DNA from: an uncultured Dehalococcoidia bacterium
GTDB taxonomy: Bacteria > Chloroflexota > Dehalococcoidia > Lucifugimonadales > UBA826
Assembly (NCBI GenBank): GCA_964652755.1
Contig: CAZZBP010000004.1
Span: 1 to 54,670, forward strand
Reading direction: 5' to 3'
DNA length: 54,670 nucleotides
Part shown: piece after piece, positions 26,401-36,187 of the stretch
Layout of the letters: every line of letters begins with the position of its first letter
Position numbering within the stretch: position 1 is the first letter of the stretch
Position numbers and translations under genes: made by a program
Notes under the pieces: model-generated
Told to the model about the DNA's origin: nothing
Seen by the model: only the letters and a program-made list of their open reading frames with translations
The model's database searches: none

Positions 26401-27818
26401 GAACATCGATGTCGATCATATTCTCAAGCCGCGGCAGGACCCCGGGAAAAGTGGAAGAGACCGTCAGATTGTTGTTGTTAGGGCTATCTCTAGGCTCCCT
26501 CAGAGTTATAAATACCTGGGACCTGCCCGTGTACGTTTTTATTTCAGTTGGAAGTGTCGGTATTGGTCAATTCATACGGCATGGCGGAATCAACTTAACA
26601 GTAATCTACAAAACCTGTTGTAAATCTATGCTTGCTCTCACAGTTGCCTTTATTGCCTTTATTCCCTACCACTTGAATACCGTAACTTATTTCAATGGGC
26701 TAGAACCAACCACAAACATGACGACATTCAATCAACTGGTTTCGATAAATGGATTATTTCTATTTTTAATCGCCTCCGGTTCATTATATCTACTGAGGGC
26801 AAAAGTAGGCACGGTACTTTTAGAGATCAGACGGCTCGGACTAGCTACCTTGAATCCAAGAGTACTATCGTCTACAGAAATCTACCTAGGCCTAATACTA
26901 ATGCTCGCTCTGGGTTACATAATTACTGCATTACTCAATGGTTCTTTAGGAGGGGCGTTACCGGTTTCCATTTTCCTCCTGATCCTGGTGATTGCAGCAG
27001 CGCTCAGAAAGTGTCGTCAAGAAATGAACGAACAACCGGTCTTACTTTTCGCTTCACTCATGGCTGCAGGAGGCCTGAGCATAATAGCCTTCCTCGAAAT
27101 CTGGCGAATTGAAGGCGATATAGATCGCATGAACAGCGTATTTAAATTTTATACACAAGCATGGGTGCTCCTTGCTCTGGCTTCTGTTTACTTTTCCTAC
27201 CGGATCATGCTAACAATCAAAAATACCTCTAGCCTCATAAAATTCCCTTGGATAGGAATAGCTTCAATCCTGGTTCTTGCCGGACTTATTTATCCTGTGA
27301 TGGGCACTAGGGATCGTCTGCGAGATCGTTTCAACGGTAATGTCACGCCCCTGACACTAAACGGGTATGCATACCTAGAAGGAACTACTTATACAGATAT
27401 TAAAGGTGAAATTGATCTGGCAACCGATTTCGAAGGAATCGAATGGTTGCGAGAAAACGTTAAAGGATCCCCGGTAATTATCGAAGGCTTAACACCAACC
27501 TACAGGTGGGGAGGACGCGTATCTGTAAACACAGGACTTCCTACTGTAGTCGGTTGGAAGTGGCATCAGGAACAGCAGAGATGGGGAATGAAGCATCTGG
27601 TAAGTAGTCGCCAGGAGGACGTGAATACCATATACAGTTTACCAGCAGCAGCAGCTGACTTAATTGACAAATATGAAGTTGAATACGTGTATATAGGCGA
27701 ACTGGAACGGCTCTACTACCCAAACAACAGCCTTGAGAAGTTAGCTCAAGGATTAAACGGGAAATTATCGAGAGTGTTTGAATCTGACAGTGTGATAATA
27801 CTTAAGGTGAGCCGGTAA
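23478..27818 (+). CDS. Giant polytopic membrane protein: GT39/ArnT-like N-terminal module plus DUF2298 ('Chlor_Arch_YYY') domain
   Basis: 1446 aa with more than 25 predicted hydrophobic helices. N-terminal 'HPDERA' loop as in PMT/ArnT-like glycosyltransferases. '[20 protein letters not shown]' matches the YYY-motif domain as I recall it, reported as restricted to Chloroflexi and Archaea. The 5' end is uncertain (see findings). Confidence 0.75.
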   Translation: [1446 protein letters not shown]

Positions 27819-27852
27819 ATAACTCTAAAGGTTACTCAAATTGTGTCCTATC

Positions 27853-28716
27853 TTAAGAGGTAATCCTGAACAGATTGTTCTGCCTTGAGTGCAGATAATG
27901 AGTTGACAGGAACGCCAAAGGTTTCCTTGCAGCTGTAAATTGCTCGCGCAATACATTAAAAACATCAGATAACTCTAGCATTGAAGCGGTAGGATGCGAT
28001 TCAGCTAGCTTATAAAATCGTTTACCCTCAGCTTCGTATTCTTCTACACTTCTCTTTATCCTGCGGGACCAGGTCGGAGAAGAAGATTGACGAACCCGAT
28101 AGACAGAATCCCTCATCACTGAGGATTTTTCCGCTTCAGAATGCGTGTGGTCCCTGAATAACCCGGTCACAAAAAGACAAACGTCACCTATTCTCTTATA
28201 AAAGGAAAACCGTTCTGACTCTTCAACCTTAGAGGCAAATTGGATTAGGCTATCAATATCCATATCGTTATATCTTATGCGGCGACGAATACCTTTCCTT
28301 TTCCGCACTGGAACAACATAGCTCTGTATTCTCGTAAATGACGCCAGCATATGGGCAAGGTATTCAAGTACGTATGGACTATCCAGGAAATCTGCGACCT
28401 TAACAGAGTCAAAAACCGGGATGCTTTCCTTACCTGATCTTTCCATGGTGTACGAAGTTGACTCAAGGTCACGTTGGGCTCTACGAAGCAATACCTCAAA
28501 ATATAGCGAGGGCGAAATTTTGAGGAAAGATTCCTCGTCATTGATAACTTTGGAAAATACTCTCTCGTCAGAGACTATTGCTTTTCGATAAGCAGGCTCA
28601 TGACGAATTGCATCCCGTACGGGTGATGTGTCGGAAGAGCCTGAAACAACCGCAGATATAAGAAAATCCAGATCCCTTTCGGTGAAATCCAGCGATACCG
28701 GCTTCTGCTTCATCAT
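27853..28716 (-). CDS. Hypothetical protein, no recognisable family
   Basis: 287 aa ORF with protein-like composition that fills the gap between flanking genes. No motif recognised. Confidence 0.5.
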   Translation of the reverse strand: MMKQKPVSLDFTERDLDFLISAVVSGSSDTSPVRDAIRHEPAYRKAIVSDERVFSKVINDEESFLKISPSLYFEVLLRRAQRDLESTSYTMERSGKESIPVFDSVKVADFLDSPYVLEYLAHMLASFTRIQSYVVPVRKRKGIRRRIRYNDMDIDSLIQFASKVEESERFSFYKRIGDVCLFVTGLFRDHTHSEAEKSSVMRDSVYRVRQSSSPTWSRRIKRSVEEYEAEGKRFYKLAESHPTASMLELSDVFNVLREQFTAARKPLAFLSTHYLHSRQNNLFRITS

Positions 28717-28891
28717 GATACTCCTGGATAGAGCTCCCTTGCTATTGAACCAAATACTTCAGTTGATACTACACCTGGTAAAAGCCCGCCGCTATGGAGT
28801 AGCGTTGTTCCTTTGAACTTGAATTTTAAACTCCAGAAGGCTCTCTTTCTTGGCTTTGCCAAATTGACAGAAGGAGCGGATGCTATAGACA

Positions 28892-30148
28892 ATGGCCAAA
28901 CTCTCAAACTTGGAGTTATGCCAAACCGTGCCTTACGAAGCCCTAGATGGATATCTGGTCATCGACTTGTCTGACCGTCTTGCAGGTTCTTTCTGCGCAA
29001 AAACACTCGGCTTGTATGGCGGCGAGGTTGTCAAAATTGAGCCCCTGGAAGGAGACCCATTAAGGCAATTAGGCCAAACCGAAGATGAACCCGATGAAAG
29101 TGACAGCTCACTTTTCCTTCATCTCAACGTCGGAAAGAAAAGCCTCACCCTGAACCTGGAAACAGCGGAAGGTAAAGAGATACTTGGCATCCTGTTACAA
29201 AAGGCAGATATTCTAGTCGAGACGTTCATTCCAGGAAAATTAGCTTCCATGGGTTTTGCATACGAGGACATTGCAAAGCAAAATCCTGGCCTCATAATGA
29301 CTTCCATTACCCCTTACGGCCAGACTGGCCCTTATAAGGAATTCAAATACACTGAGCTCACAGTATTTGCAATGTCCGGGGCTATGCATAGAGAGGGTCT
29401 ACCAGAGAGGTATCCCCTTCGATACGGTGCAGAAGTTGCCCAGTATTATGCTGGCAACTCTGCCGCAGCAGCTACTACTTCCGCCCTATTCAGAAGATTT
29501 AAAACCAACTTTGGAGACTGGATAGATATCTCAATACAGGAATGTATGGCAGGCCATCCCCACCAGATTGGTAGAAGGGCTCCTTTCATATATTCCGGAG
29601 AGCTCGACCCCCGAACACAACCTCGAGTGTCTGCGGCTGGAGCCAGAGAACCTTACGCGGTGGGCACATTCAGGTGCCGAGACGGGCACGTAAGTTTTCT
29701 GCCACTCGGCCCCAGAATGTGGCCAAATATAGCAAGAATGATTGGTCAAGAAGACCTTATGCTCGATCCTCGCTTCAACGACCCTGATAAAAGAAGCGTT
29801 AACAGGGAAGCCTTAGAAAGCATTTTCCAGTCATGGCTAGACAAACGTACGCGTGAAGAGATATTCATTGAGGTTCAAAAAGCAGGAGTGCCTGGGTCCC
29901 CTATCCTTCGAAGTGAAGAAGTAATGGAGAACGAACAATTTGAGTCAAGGGGGTTTTTTACAGAAGTTGATCATCCAAATTCAGGTACTCTTAAATATAC
30001 TGGAGATCCATTTAGGTTAACAGCTCTTCCTTACAAGAAACGAATGTCCGCGCCAACGGGCGGGCAACAGACGAATCAGGTCTTAAAGGATCATCTCCAG
30101 CTTTCCTCTGAAGACATTGCGACTTTGAAAAACAAGGGAATCGTGTGA
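28892..30148 (+). CDS. Family III (CaiB/BaiF) CoA-transferase, copy 1
   Basis: 418 aa. N-terminal 'L.GYLVIDLSDRLAGSFCAKTLGLYGGEVVKIEP', 'PGKLASMGF.YEDI...NP.LI..SI..YGQTGPY', and a C-terminal 'G.P..L' region. Confidence 0.8.
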   Translation: MAKLSNLELCQTVPYEALDGYLVIDLSDRLAGSFCAKTLGLYGGEVVKIEPLEGDPLRQLGQTEDEPDESDSSLFLHLNVGKKSLTLNLETAEGKEILGILLQKADILVETFIPGKLASMGFAYEDIAKQNPGLIMTSITPYGQTGPYKEFKYTELTVFAMSGAMHREGLPERYPLRYGAEVAQYYAGNSAAAATTSALFRRFKTNFGDWIDISIQECMAGHPHQIGRRAPFIYSGELDPRTQPRVSAAGAREPYAVGTFRCRDGHVSFLPLGPRMWPNIARMIGQEDLMLDPRFNDPDKRSVNREALESIFQSWLDKRTREEIFIEVQKAGVPGSPILRSEEVMENEQFESRGFFTEVDHPNSGTLKYTGDPFRLTALPYKKRMSAPTGGQQTNQVLKDHLQLSSEDIATLKNKGIV

Positions 30149-31536
30149 GCAAAGAACAAGTGAGCTCTATATCGGGCTTCCCTCTTGAAGGAGTTAGGGC
30201 ACTAGAACTTTCGGAGATTTGGGCGGGACCTTTCTGTGGATCCTTGTTAGCTGACATGGGAGCAGAAATTATCAAAGTCGAGTCTGTACAGAGAATAGCT
30301 AGAGGCCCTATAAACCCGCCAAAAGGGTCGGGAGCATACCCGGATGGGGATCCCGGGGAACGTCCTTGGAACAGACAGTCTAACTTCAATGCTATAAACC
30401 GGAACAAGAAGGGAATTACTCTAGATCTCAAGACGAACGCTGGCGTAGAGACGTTTCTCGATCTGACCTCTACTTCGGACATAATTTTCTGCAATTATGC
30501 AAGGTCAGTAATGGAAGATTTTGGGCTAGGCTATGAAAAGCTTCGAAAAGCAAGACCTGACATCATTTTCATGCTAATGCCCGGCTATGGAAATACTGGA
30601 CCATATCGTGATTACAGAAGTATGGGAATGGCGATAGACGCAATTAGCGGACATTCTTTCTTGAGGGGCTATCCGGATCTAGACCATTCAACAAATTCTC
30701 TCGTTCATCACCCTGATGCAGCTGCCGCGGTCAACGCTGTCTTCGCACTCACCACCGCGTTAATATACCGAGAAAAAACGGGAATAGGGCAGTTCATTGA
30801 TATGTCCCAGGCGGAATCCTTTATGACTCACATGGGAGAGGTATTTCTAGAATATCAAATTCATTCAAAACCAAGGAAGCGTCAAGGTAACCGGAATTCC
30901 CACTACGCGCCACAGGGGGTTTATCCGTGTAAAGGTGAAGATAACAGGATTGCACGCAGCATCGTTACAGAGTCGCAATGGAAGTCTTTTATCCGCTGCA
31001 TTCCTTTGCCCAGCCTTAGAGACAAGAAATTTTCGAGCGTGAAAAATAGAATCGCAAATCATGATGAGTTGGACCTAGCAATAGAGAAATGGACATCTAG
31101 TAAAGACCGATACGAAGTCATGGATACACTGCAATCTTCAGGAATTCCTTCCGGAGTAGTTCTGAACTGCGGTCCTGACACATATGACGACCCACATTTG
31201 AACGAAAGGGAGTTCTTTCAGATAGTTGATCATCCTGACGCCGGGATCTTTCCCATGACTGGTCCGGTCCTCAGGTTCCAAAGTAATGCAGGAGTTGTCT
31301 TGCATAATCCTTCCCCTTGCTTGGGTCAACACAATGATTATGTTCTCGGCGATATTCTGGGTTATACACAAAAGAAGATGGATACTCTTGCTTCAGACAG
31401 TGTTATTGGAACAGTACCGCTACCGGGATCGGATCTAGGTGGATCTCGCAGAGCGTCCATTGAATCAGTTCATCGAGAGTCCATGAGTCAACAAACTAAT
31501 ATTAACCCGAACACACATAACAGTAAGGAAGAATAG
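30145..31536 (+). CDS. Family III (CaiB/BaiF) CoA-transferase, copy 2
   Basis: 463 aa. 'LEGVRALELSEIWAGPFCGSLLADMGAEIIKVE' and 'GYGNTGPYRDY'. The GTG start overlaps the upstream stop (GTGTGA), indicating an operonic pair. Confidence 0.8.
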   Translation: MSKEQVSSISGFPLEGVRALELSEIWAGPFCGSLLADMGAEIIKVESVQRIARGPINPPKGSGAYPDGDPGERPWNRQSNFNAINRNKKGITLDLKTNAGVETFLDLTSTSDIIFCNYARSVMEDFGLGYEKLRKARPDIIFMLMPGYGNTGPYRDYRSMGMAIDAISGHSFLRGYPDLDHSTNSLVHHPDAAAAVNAVFALTTALIYREKTGIGQFIDMSQAESFMTHMGEVFLEYQIHSKPRKRQGNRNSHYAPQGVYPCKGEDNRIARSIVTESQWKSFIRCIPLPSLRDKKFSSVKNRIANHDELDLAIEKWTSSKDRYEVMDTLQSSGIPSGVVLNCGPDTYDDPHLNEREFFQIVDHPDAGIFPMTGPVLRFQSNAGVVLHNPSPCLGQHNDYVLGDILGYTQKKMDTLASDSVIGTVPLPGSDLGGSRRASIESVHRESMSQQTNINPNTHNSKEE

Positions 31537-32201
31537 ATGCCAATACGGAATACTTCGATATCGATCAAGAGGAAATAATGGTTTATCAATGACTCACCAA
31601 CTTACAAAGGTAGAGAATTCAAGGGAAAACCTACAGAAGGACTGTTATTGAACTCGCGAATGGTTAACGCTATGTTTGATGATAAAAATCCACATGCCAA
31701 ACACCTAAGGAATTATCCGGACACAAATGAATAGAACCTTGACAGAAACACATCCGAGTTCATCAAGATGTTACCGCTTTATAAGATTCACGGCCTTTTT
31801 GCGTTTAGAGTGAATTTTCAGGGCGGAGTCCCTTGGGGTTATTGCCGGCTTGAACCGTTTCACGATTATATGTCGGCTATTGGAATGGAAATCTCATACG
31901 AAGAGCTATGGTAATCGAAACAAGATCTCTGGCCCATTACAAACCAATGCCGATTTTGTTCAATGAAGATAATCATCTTGGATTTGAAAACAACGCAAAT
32001 AACTTCTCCAAGACCATAAAAAATTATGCTGGCTGGGAATGTTTTGACCCTGGAAAAGGTGCAGGTGGGACGTCGGATTTTGGCAATTACAAAGTGGGAT
32101 ATCAACTTGTTCCCACAAATTGGAGGATAAATACAGCCGGAAAAAATCTTACTTTGAATTCCTCAAGAAAGTCACTTCAAGTTGAGGGCGCGTATGTCTG
32201 A
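31537..32201 (+). pseudogene. Decayed gene remnant: three in-frame stops plus one frameshift; family unknown
   Basis: Frame 1 reads from the ATG at 31537 through TAA (31576), TAG (31732) and TAA (31909). Protein-like segments lie between them, for example 'GKPTEGLLLNSRMVNAMFDDKNPH' and 'HGLFAFRVNFQGGVPWGY'. Coding-like sequence then continues in another frame from 31908 ('PILFNEDNHLGFENN...WECFDPGKG'). Confidence 0.4.
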
Positions 32202-34137
32202 TGAGAGAGCTTCATTACCCTATGGATCATGGCAATCACCTATAACAACAGAAATGATCATATCCGAATCAATCAGCCTCGGGGACATGGCAATTGATGG
32301 AGAGAACATTTACTGGCTTGAGATGAGGCCTTCCGAGGGTGGGAGATGTGTAATAGTCAAAAGAGCATCTAATGGATCTCAATCAGACGTGAACCCAGCT
32401 CCGTTCAATGCAAGAACAAGGGTTCACGAATACGGCGGAGGTTCATACCTAATTCACAACGGTGTGGCTTTCTTTTCTAACTATACTGACCAGCGAGTCT
32501 ATAGGGTTGATCCGAACGGACTAAACCCAATCGCTATCACCCCAAATGGATTTGATCACAGATACGCCGACTACACGTTAGACATTTACAACGAGAATTT
32601 AATAGCAGTTCGTGAGGATCACACTGGGCCGGGAGAAGCATCTAACACACTGGTCTCTATCAATATGCACGGAATAGGGAAAGTGAAGATACTCATTTCG
32701 GGAGCAGACTTTTACTCCTCACCAGTTCTCAGCCCTGATGGTTCCTTACTCGCTTGGGTCCAATGGAATCATCCAAACATGCCGTGGGATAGCACAGAAC
32801 TGTGGGTAGCAGAAGTGGAAAGTGACGGATCGCTTACTGCCCCCATGAAAGTCAAGGGCAGAGAAGGTGAATCCATATGCCAACCAGTATGGTCACCAGA
32901 AGGGATCTTACACTTTGTATCCGACGAATCTGGGTGGTGGAATATTTATCGCCAAGAAAAGGGAGAATCAGTTAACCTTACGCCCATAAAGGCAGAATTC
33001 ACCCAGGCACAGTGGGGCCTAGGGGCACGCTATTATGGGTTTCCTTCAAGCGATCGGATAATGTGTGCGATGAATGAGAATGGAATATGGTCACTAGCCG
33101 AGATTTTCCTACAGGATAAGCAACTAGAAAGAATTTCGACTATTTTCACAGAAATAAACCGCTCTGGGTTGAAAGTGTCAGAGAAAGACGTGGTTTTTGG
33201 AGCAGGTTCGTCAAATCTACCTTATTCGGTTTATCGTAGAGGTCTTGATGGTTCTACCACCGAACTCAGAAAGTCTGATAGCCCAAGCATTGCGGCCGAA
33301 TATATATCTCAACCAGAGCCCATTGAGTTACCAACAGAGAATGGACTAACAGCTCACGGGTTTTTCTATCCACCCCAGAATCCTCAATATTGCGGTGAAG
33401 CGGAGGAGTTACCTCCACTGCTGGTCATCAGCCACGGAGGTCCCACGGGTGCCACAACCACAACGTTGAATCTCACCACTCAATTCTGGACAAGCAGGGG
33501 TTTTGGCGTTCTGGATGTTAATTACAGCGGTAGTACAGGATATGGGACTGCTTACAGGAGACGACTAAACGGCCGATGGGGAATCGTCGATATTGAGGAT
33601 TGCGTCAACGGAGCGAAGTTCCTTGTCGCAAGAGGTAACGTCGATGGTAACCGACTCGCTATCAGGGGAGGTAGCGCTGGTGGTTACACCACCCTTGCGG
33701 CTCTCACATTCACTGATGTGTTCAAGGCAGGCGCGAGTTACTATGGGATAAGCAATCTAGAAGCTCTCGCTCTGGAGACACATAAGTTTGAATCCAGATA
33801 CATGGATTCGATGGTTGGACCCTATCCTCAAATGAAGAATGTTTATGAGGAACGGTCGCCAATTTTCCACACTGACCTTCTCTCATGCCCCGTAATTCTT
33901 TTTCAAGGTCTGGAGGATAAGATAGTCCTCCCGAATCAAGCGGAAATGATGGTGGACGCCTTGAACAGCAAAGGGATCCCAGTAGCTTATATAGCATTTG
34001 AAGGGGAGCAGCACGGGTTTAGAAAATCGGAGAATATCCGGAGAACTCTTGACGCAGAACTTTATTTCTACTCTCGTATTTTCGGTTTCGATGCGAAAGA
34101 TATCGAGGAACCGGTATTCATTTCTAATCTTGATTGA
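32194..34137 (+). CDS. S9 family serine peptidase (prolyl oligopeptidase / acylaminoacyl-peptidase-like) with N-terminal beta-propeller
   Basis: Nucleophile elbow 'GGSAGGYT', acid region 'FQGLEDKIV', His 'GEQHGF'. WD/Tol-like propeller repeats in the N-terminal 400 aa. Start set at the ATG at 32194. Confidence 0.8.
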   Translation: MSDERASLPYGSWQSPITTEMIISESISLGDMAIDGENIYWLEMRPSEGGRCVIVKRASNGSQSDVNPAPFNARTRVHEYGGGSYLIHNGVAFFSNYTDQRVYRVDPNGLNPIAITPNGFDHRYADYTLDIYNENLIAVREDHTGPGEASNTLVSINMHGIGKVKILISGADFYSSPVLSPDGSLLAWVQWNHPNMPWDSTELWVAEVESDGSLTAPMKVKGREGESICQPVWSPEGILHFVSDESGWWNIYRQEKGESVNLTPIKAEFTQAQWGLGARYYGFPSSDRIMCAMNENGIWSLAEIFLQDKQLERISTIFTEINRSGLKVSEKDVVFGAGSSNLPYSVYRRGLDGSTTELRKSDSPSIAAEYISQPEPIELPTENGLTAHGFFYPPQNPQYCGEAEELPPLLVISHGGPTGATTTTLNLTTQFWTSRGFGVLDVNYSGSTGYGTAYRRRLNGRWGIVDIEDCVNGAKFLVARGNVDGNRLAIRGGSAGGYTTLAALTFTDVFKAGASYYGISNLEALALETHKFESRYMDSMVGPYPQMKNVYEERSPIFHTDLLSCPVILFQGLEDKIVLPNQAEMMVDALNSKGIPVAYIAFEGEQHGFRKSENIRRTLDAELYFYSRIFGFDAKDIEEPVFISNLD

Positions 34138-34142
34138 CCAAT

Positions 34143-35246
34143 CTAGAAACCGGAGAGCCGAAGTTGGATCATGTCATCTTCATTTTCTAGCGAATCGAAG
34201 CCGGAAACTCCAACTCCTAACAACCTGTATTTTATTCCGGAGGAAAGTTCGCGTTCGAGAAGCTGTAGTGCAGCCTCCGAAATCTCAGACGAAAGTTGAA
34301 CTGGCTCTCTCAGAGACAATTGCCTTGTAAAGGTCGTAAAATCAGACGAACGCAACTTCAACTTAATTGTCTTACCTCGCATGCCTCTTACCATCAGGCT
34401 GTTACCTACATTATGACTCAGCCGAGAGACAATCTCACGTAGGGTTTCCCGATCCCCTGTGTCATCAGCAAGTGTCGTTTCTGAACTGTACGATTTTCTC
34501 TTCCTGTGGATAACTACAGGGCGATCGTCAATTCCAAGACACATCATCCGTACTGAAGGACCATTGGATCCAAAGTTATCTATGAACCACATTACGTCAA
34601 ACTTCGCTAAATGACCTACCGTATTTATGCCCACGCTGTTAAGTTTTTCTGTCCTTTTAGGACCAATTCCCCATAGCGATTCCACTGGGAGTGGGGAAAG
34701 AAAATTCCGTTCTGTGCCTGGTCGAACAACAGTAAGGCCGTTCGGCTTACCAATATCTGAAGCTATCTTTGAAATAGACTTCGAAGTTGCGACCCCCGTC
34801 GAAATGGTAAGTTCCAAATCATCACTTACTCTTTTTTTTAGTTTGCGAGCGATCATGGGGGGGGTAAGTACATCAGATTCTTGTTCTGTGACGTCCAGGT
34901 ATGCTTCATCCAACGACAATGGTTCAACTAGATCAGTGATATCTCGGAAAATGTCCATCACTTGGCGAGATACACGTTTGTACTCTTCAAATCGGGCCTT
35001 TCTTCTTACAAGACTTGGACATAAGCGTACTGCTTGACTCATCGGCATCGCCGATCGAATTCCAAATTTACGTGCCTCATAAGAGGCCGATGCAACCACT
35101 CCTCTTTTATCAGGGCTGCCACCTACAACTACTGGAATTCCGGCAATTGAAGGATCATCTCTCTGTTCTACAGAGGCAAAGAAGGCGTCGAAGTCCGCAT
35201 GAATTATCGCTCGGTAAATGTGAGATGTTCCCGTTGGTATTCGCAT
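34143..35246 (-). CDS. dinB: DNA polymerase IV (Y-family translesion polymerase)
   Basis: 367 aa. Has 'IIHADFDAFFASVEQRDDP', 'SLDEAYLDV', 'S.GVA.SK..SKIASD..KPNG' and 'LWGIGPK'. Confidence 0.85.
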   Translation of the reverse strand: MRIPTGTSHIYRAIIHADFDAFFASVEQRDDPSIAGIPVVVGGSPDKRGVVASASYEARKFGIRSAMPMSQAVRLCPSLVRRKARFEEYKRVSRQVMDIFRDITDLVEPLSLDEAYLDVTEQESDVLTPPMIARKLKKRVSDDLELTISTGVATSKSISKIASDIGKPNGLTVVRPGTERNFLSPLPVESLWGIGPKRTEKLNSVGINTVGHLAKFDVMWFIDNFGSNGPSVRMMCLGIDDRPVVIHRKRKSYSSETTLADDTGDRETLREIVSRLSHNVGNSLMVRGMRGKTIKLKLRSSDFTTFTRQLSLREPVQLSSEISEAALQLLERELSSGIKYRLLGVGVSGFDSLENEDDMIQLRLSGF

Positions 35247-35293
35247 TTGATGACATTAATAAAGGCTATATCAGTCGGACCGCATCAATCTCA

Positions 35294-36187
35294 TCACCCA
35301 ATTGATTGGATTATCCTTTCAATGGTTGAAGTTCGGAATTTTTCAAGATCATCAGAGTTCTTCAGCAAAGTACCTAACGTACTTAAAACAACATCGGGTT
35401 CAAGACTCTCTATATGCAGGACCATCATAGCGGTAGCCCAATCTAGAGTCTCAGACACGCCCGGAACTTTCTGCAGATCTTCTTCTCGGGAGGCTCTCAC
35501 AAACCTGCATATTTGAAGAGCTAGTCCCTCAGGCATATCACCAATTCTTTTTTTAACAATTTCTAACTCTTTCTGAAGTTCAGGGAAGTCAATCCATAGA
35601 TATAGACATCTCCGTCTCAAAGCGTCAGACAGGTCTCGTGATCTATTGGATGTAAGTATAACTAAAGGCTTGTTCTCAGCTCTAATCGTACCTAGCTCCG
35701 GTATCGTGACTTGAAACTCTGACAACACCTCAAGAAGAAATGCTTCAAATTCTTGATCTGCCCTATCAACTTCATCTATTAAAAGTACCGGAGCTTTTTC
35801 CTTCGTGAGAGCAGATAGAAGTGGACGCTCCAACAGGAATTCCCTACCAAATACTTCGGTCTCCATTTCAGTCGGATCTAACCCTTTATTCTCGTTCATC
35901 CGAATCCATAATAATTGACGGGAATAATTCCATTCGTATAAGGCAGAATTTACATCCAATCCTTCATAGCACTGCAGCCGTATAAGCTGAGTGTTAAGTA
36001 GCCGTGCCATAGCGGAAGCGATCTCGGTCTTGCCCACACCGGGCCTACCTTCAATCAGCAATGGTCTATCTAGTAGTTGAGCTAAGTGTAAAGACGTAGC
36101 AATTGAGGAGTCTGCCACATAATCTAAATTGTCGAGCTCCGAAATTAGATTCGAAACTGGATCTTCTATATTTTCATTGACAAACAT
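35294..36187 (-). CDS. MoxR-family AAA+ ATPase (CoxD-like)
   Basis: 297 aa. Walker A 'GRPGVGKT', Walker B 'LLIDEVDRA', and 'F.VLATQNP'-like 'LVILTSN'. Lies immediately downstream of the coxL-like gene. Confidence 0.8.
   Translation of the reverse strand: MFVNENIEDPVSNLISELDNLDYVADSSIATSLHLAQLLDRPLLIEGRPGVGKTEIASAMARLLNTQLIRLQCYEGLDVNSALYEWNYSRQLLWIRMNENKGLDPTEMETEVFGREFLLERPLLSALTKEKAPVLLIDEVDRADQEFEAFLLEVLSEFQVTIPELGTIRAENKPLVILTSNRSRDLSDALRRRCLYLWIDFPELQKELEIVKKRIGDMPEGLALQICRFVRASREEDLQKVPGVSETLDWATAMMVLHIESLEPDVVLSTLGTLLKNSDDLEKFRTSTIERIIQSIG

Noticed and set aside
28864-28891. TTGACA...TATAGA promoter-like hexamers just upstream of the first CoA-transferase ATG
   Set aside because: The spacer is only 14 nt and the -10-like hexamer ends 2 nt before the ATG. 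It is more likely a chance match overlapping the GAAGGAG ribosome-binding region.
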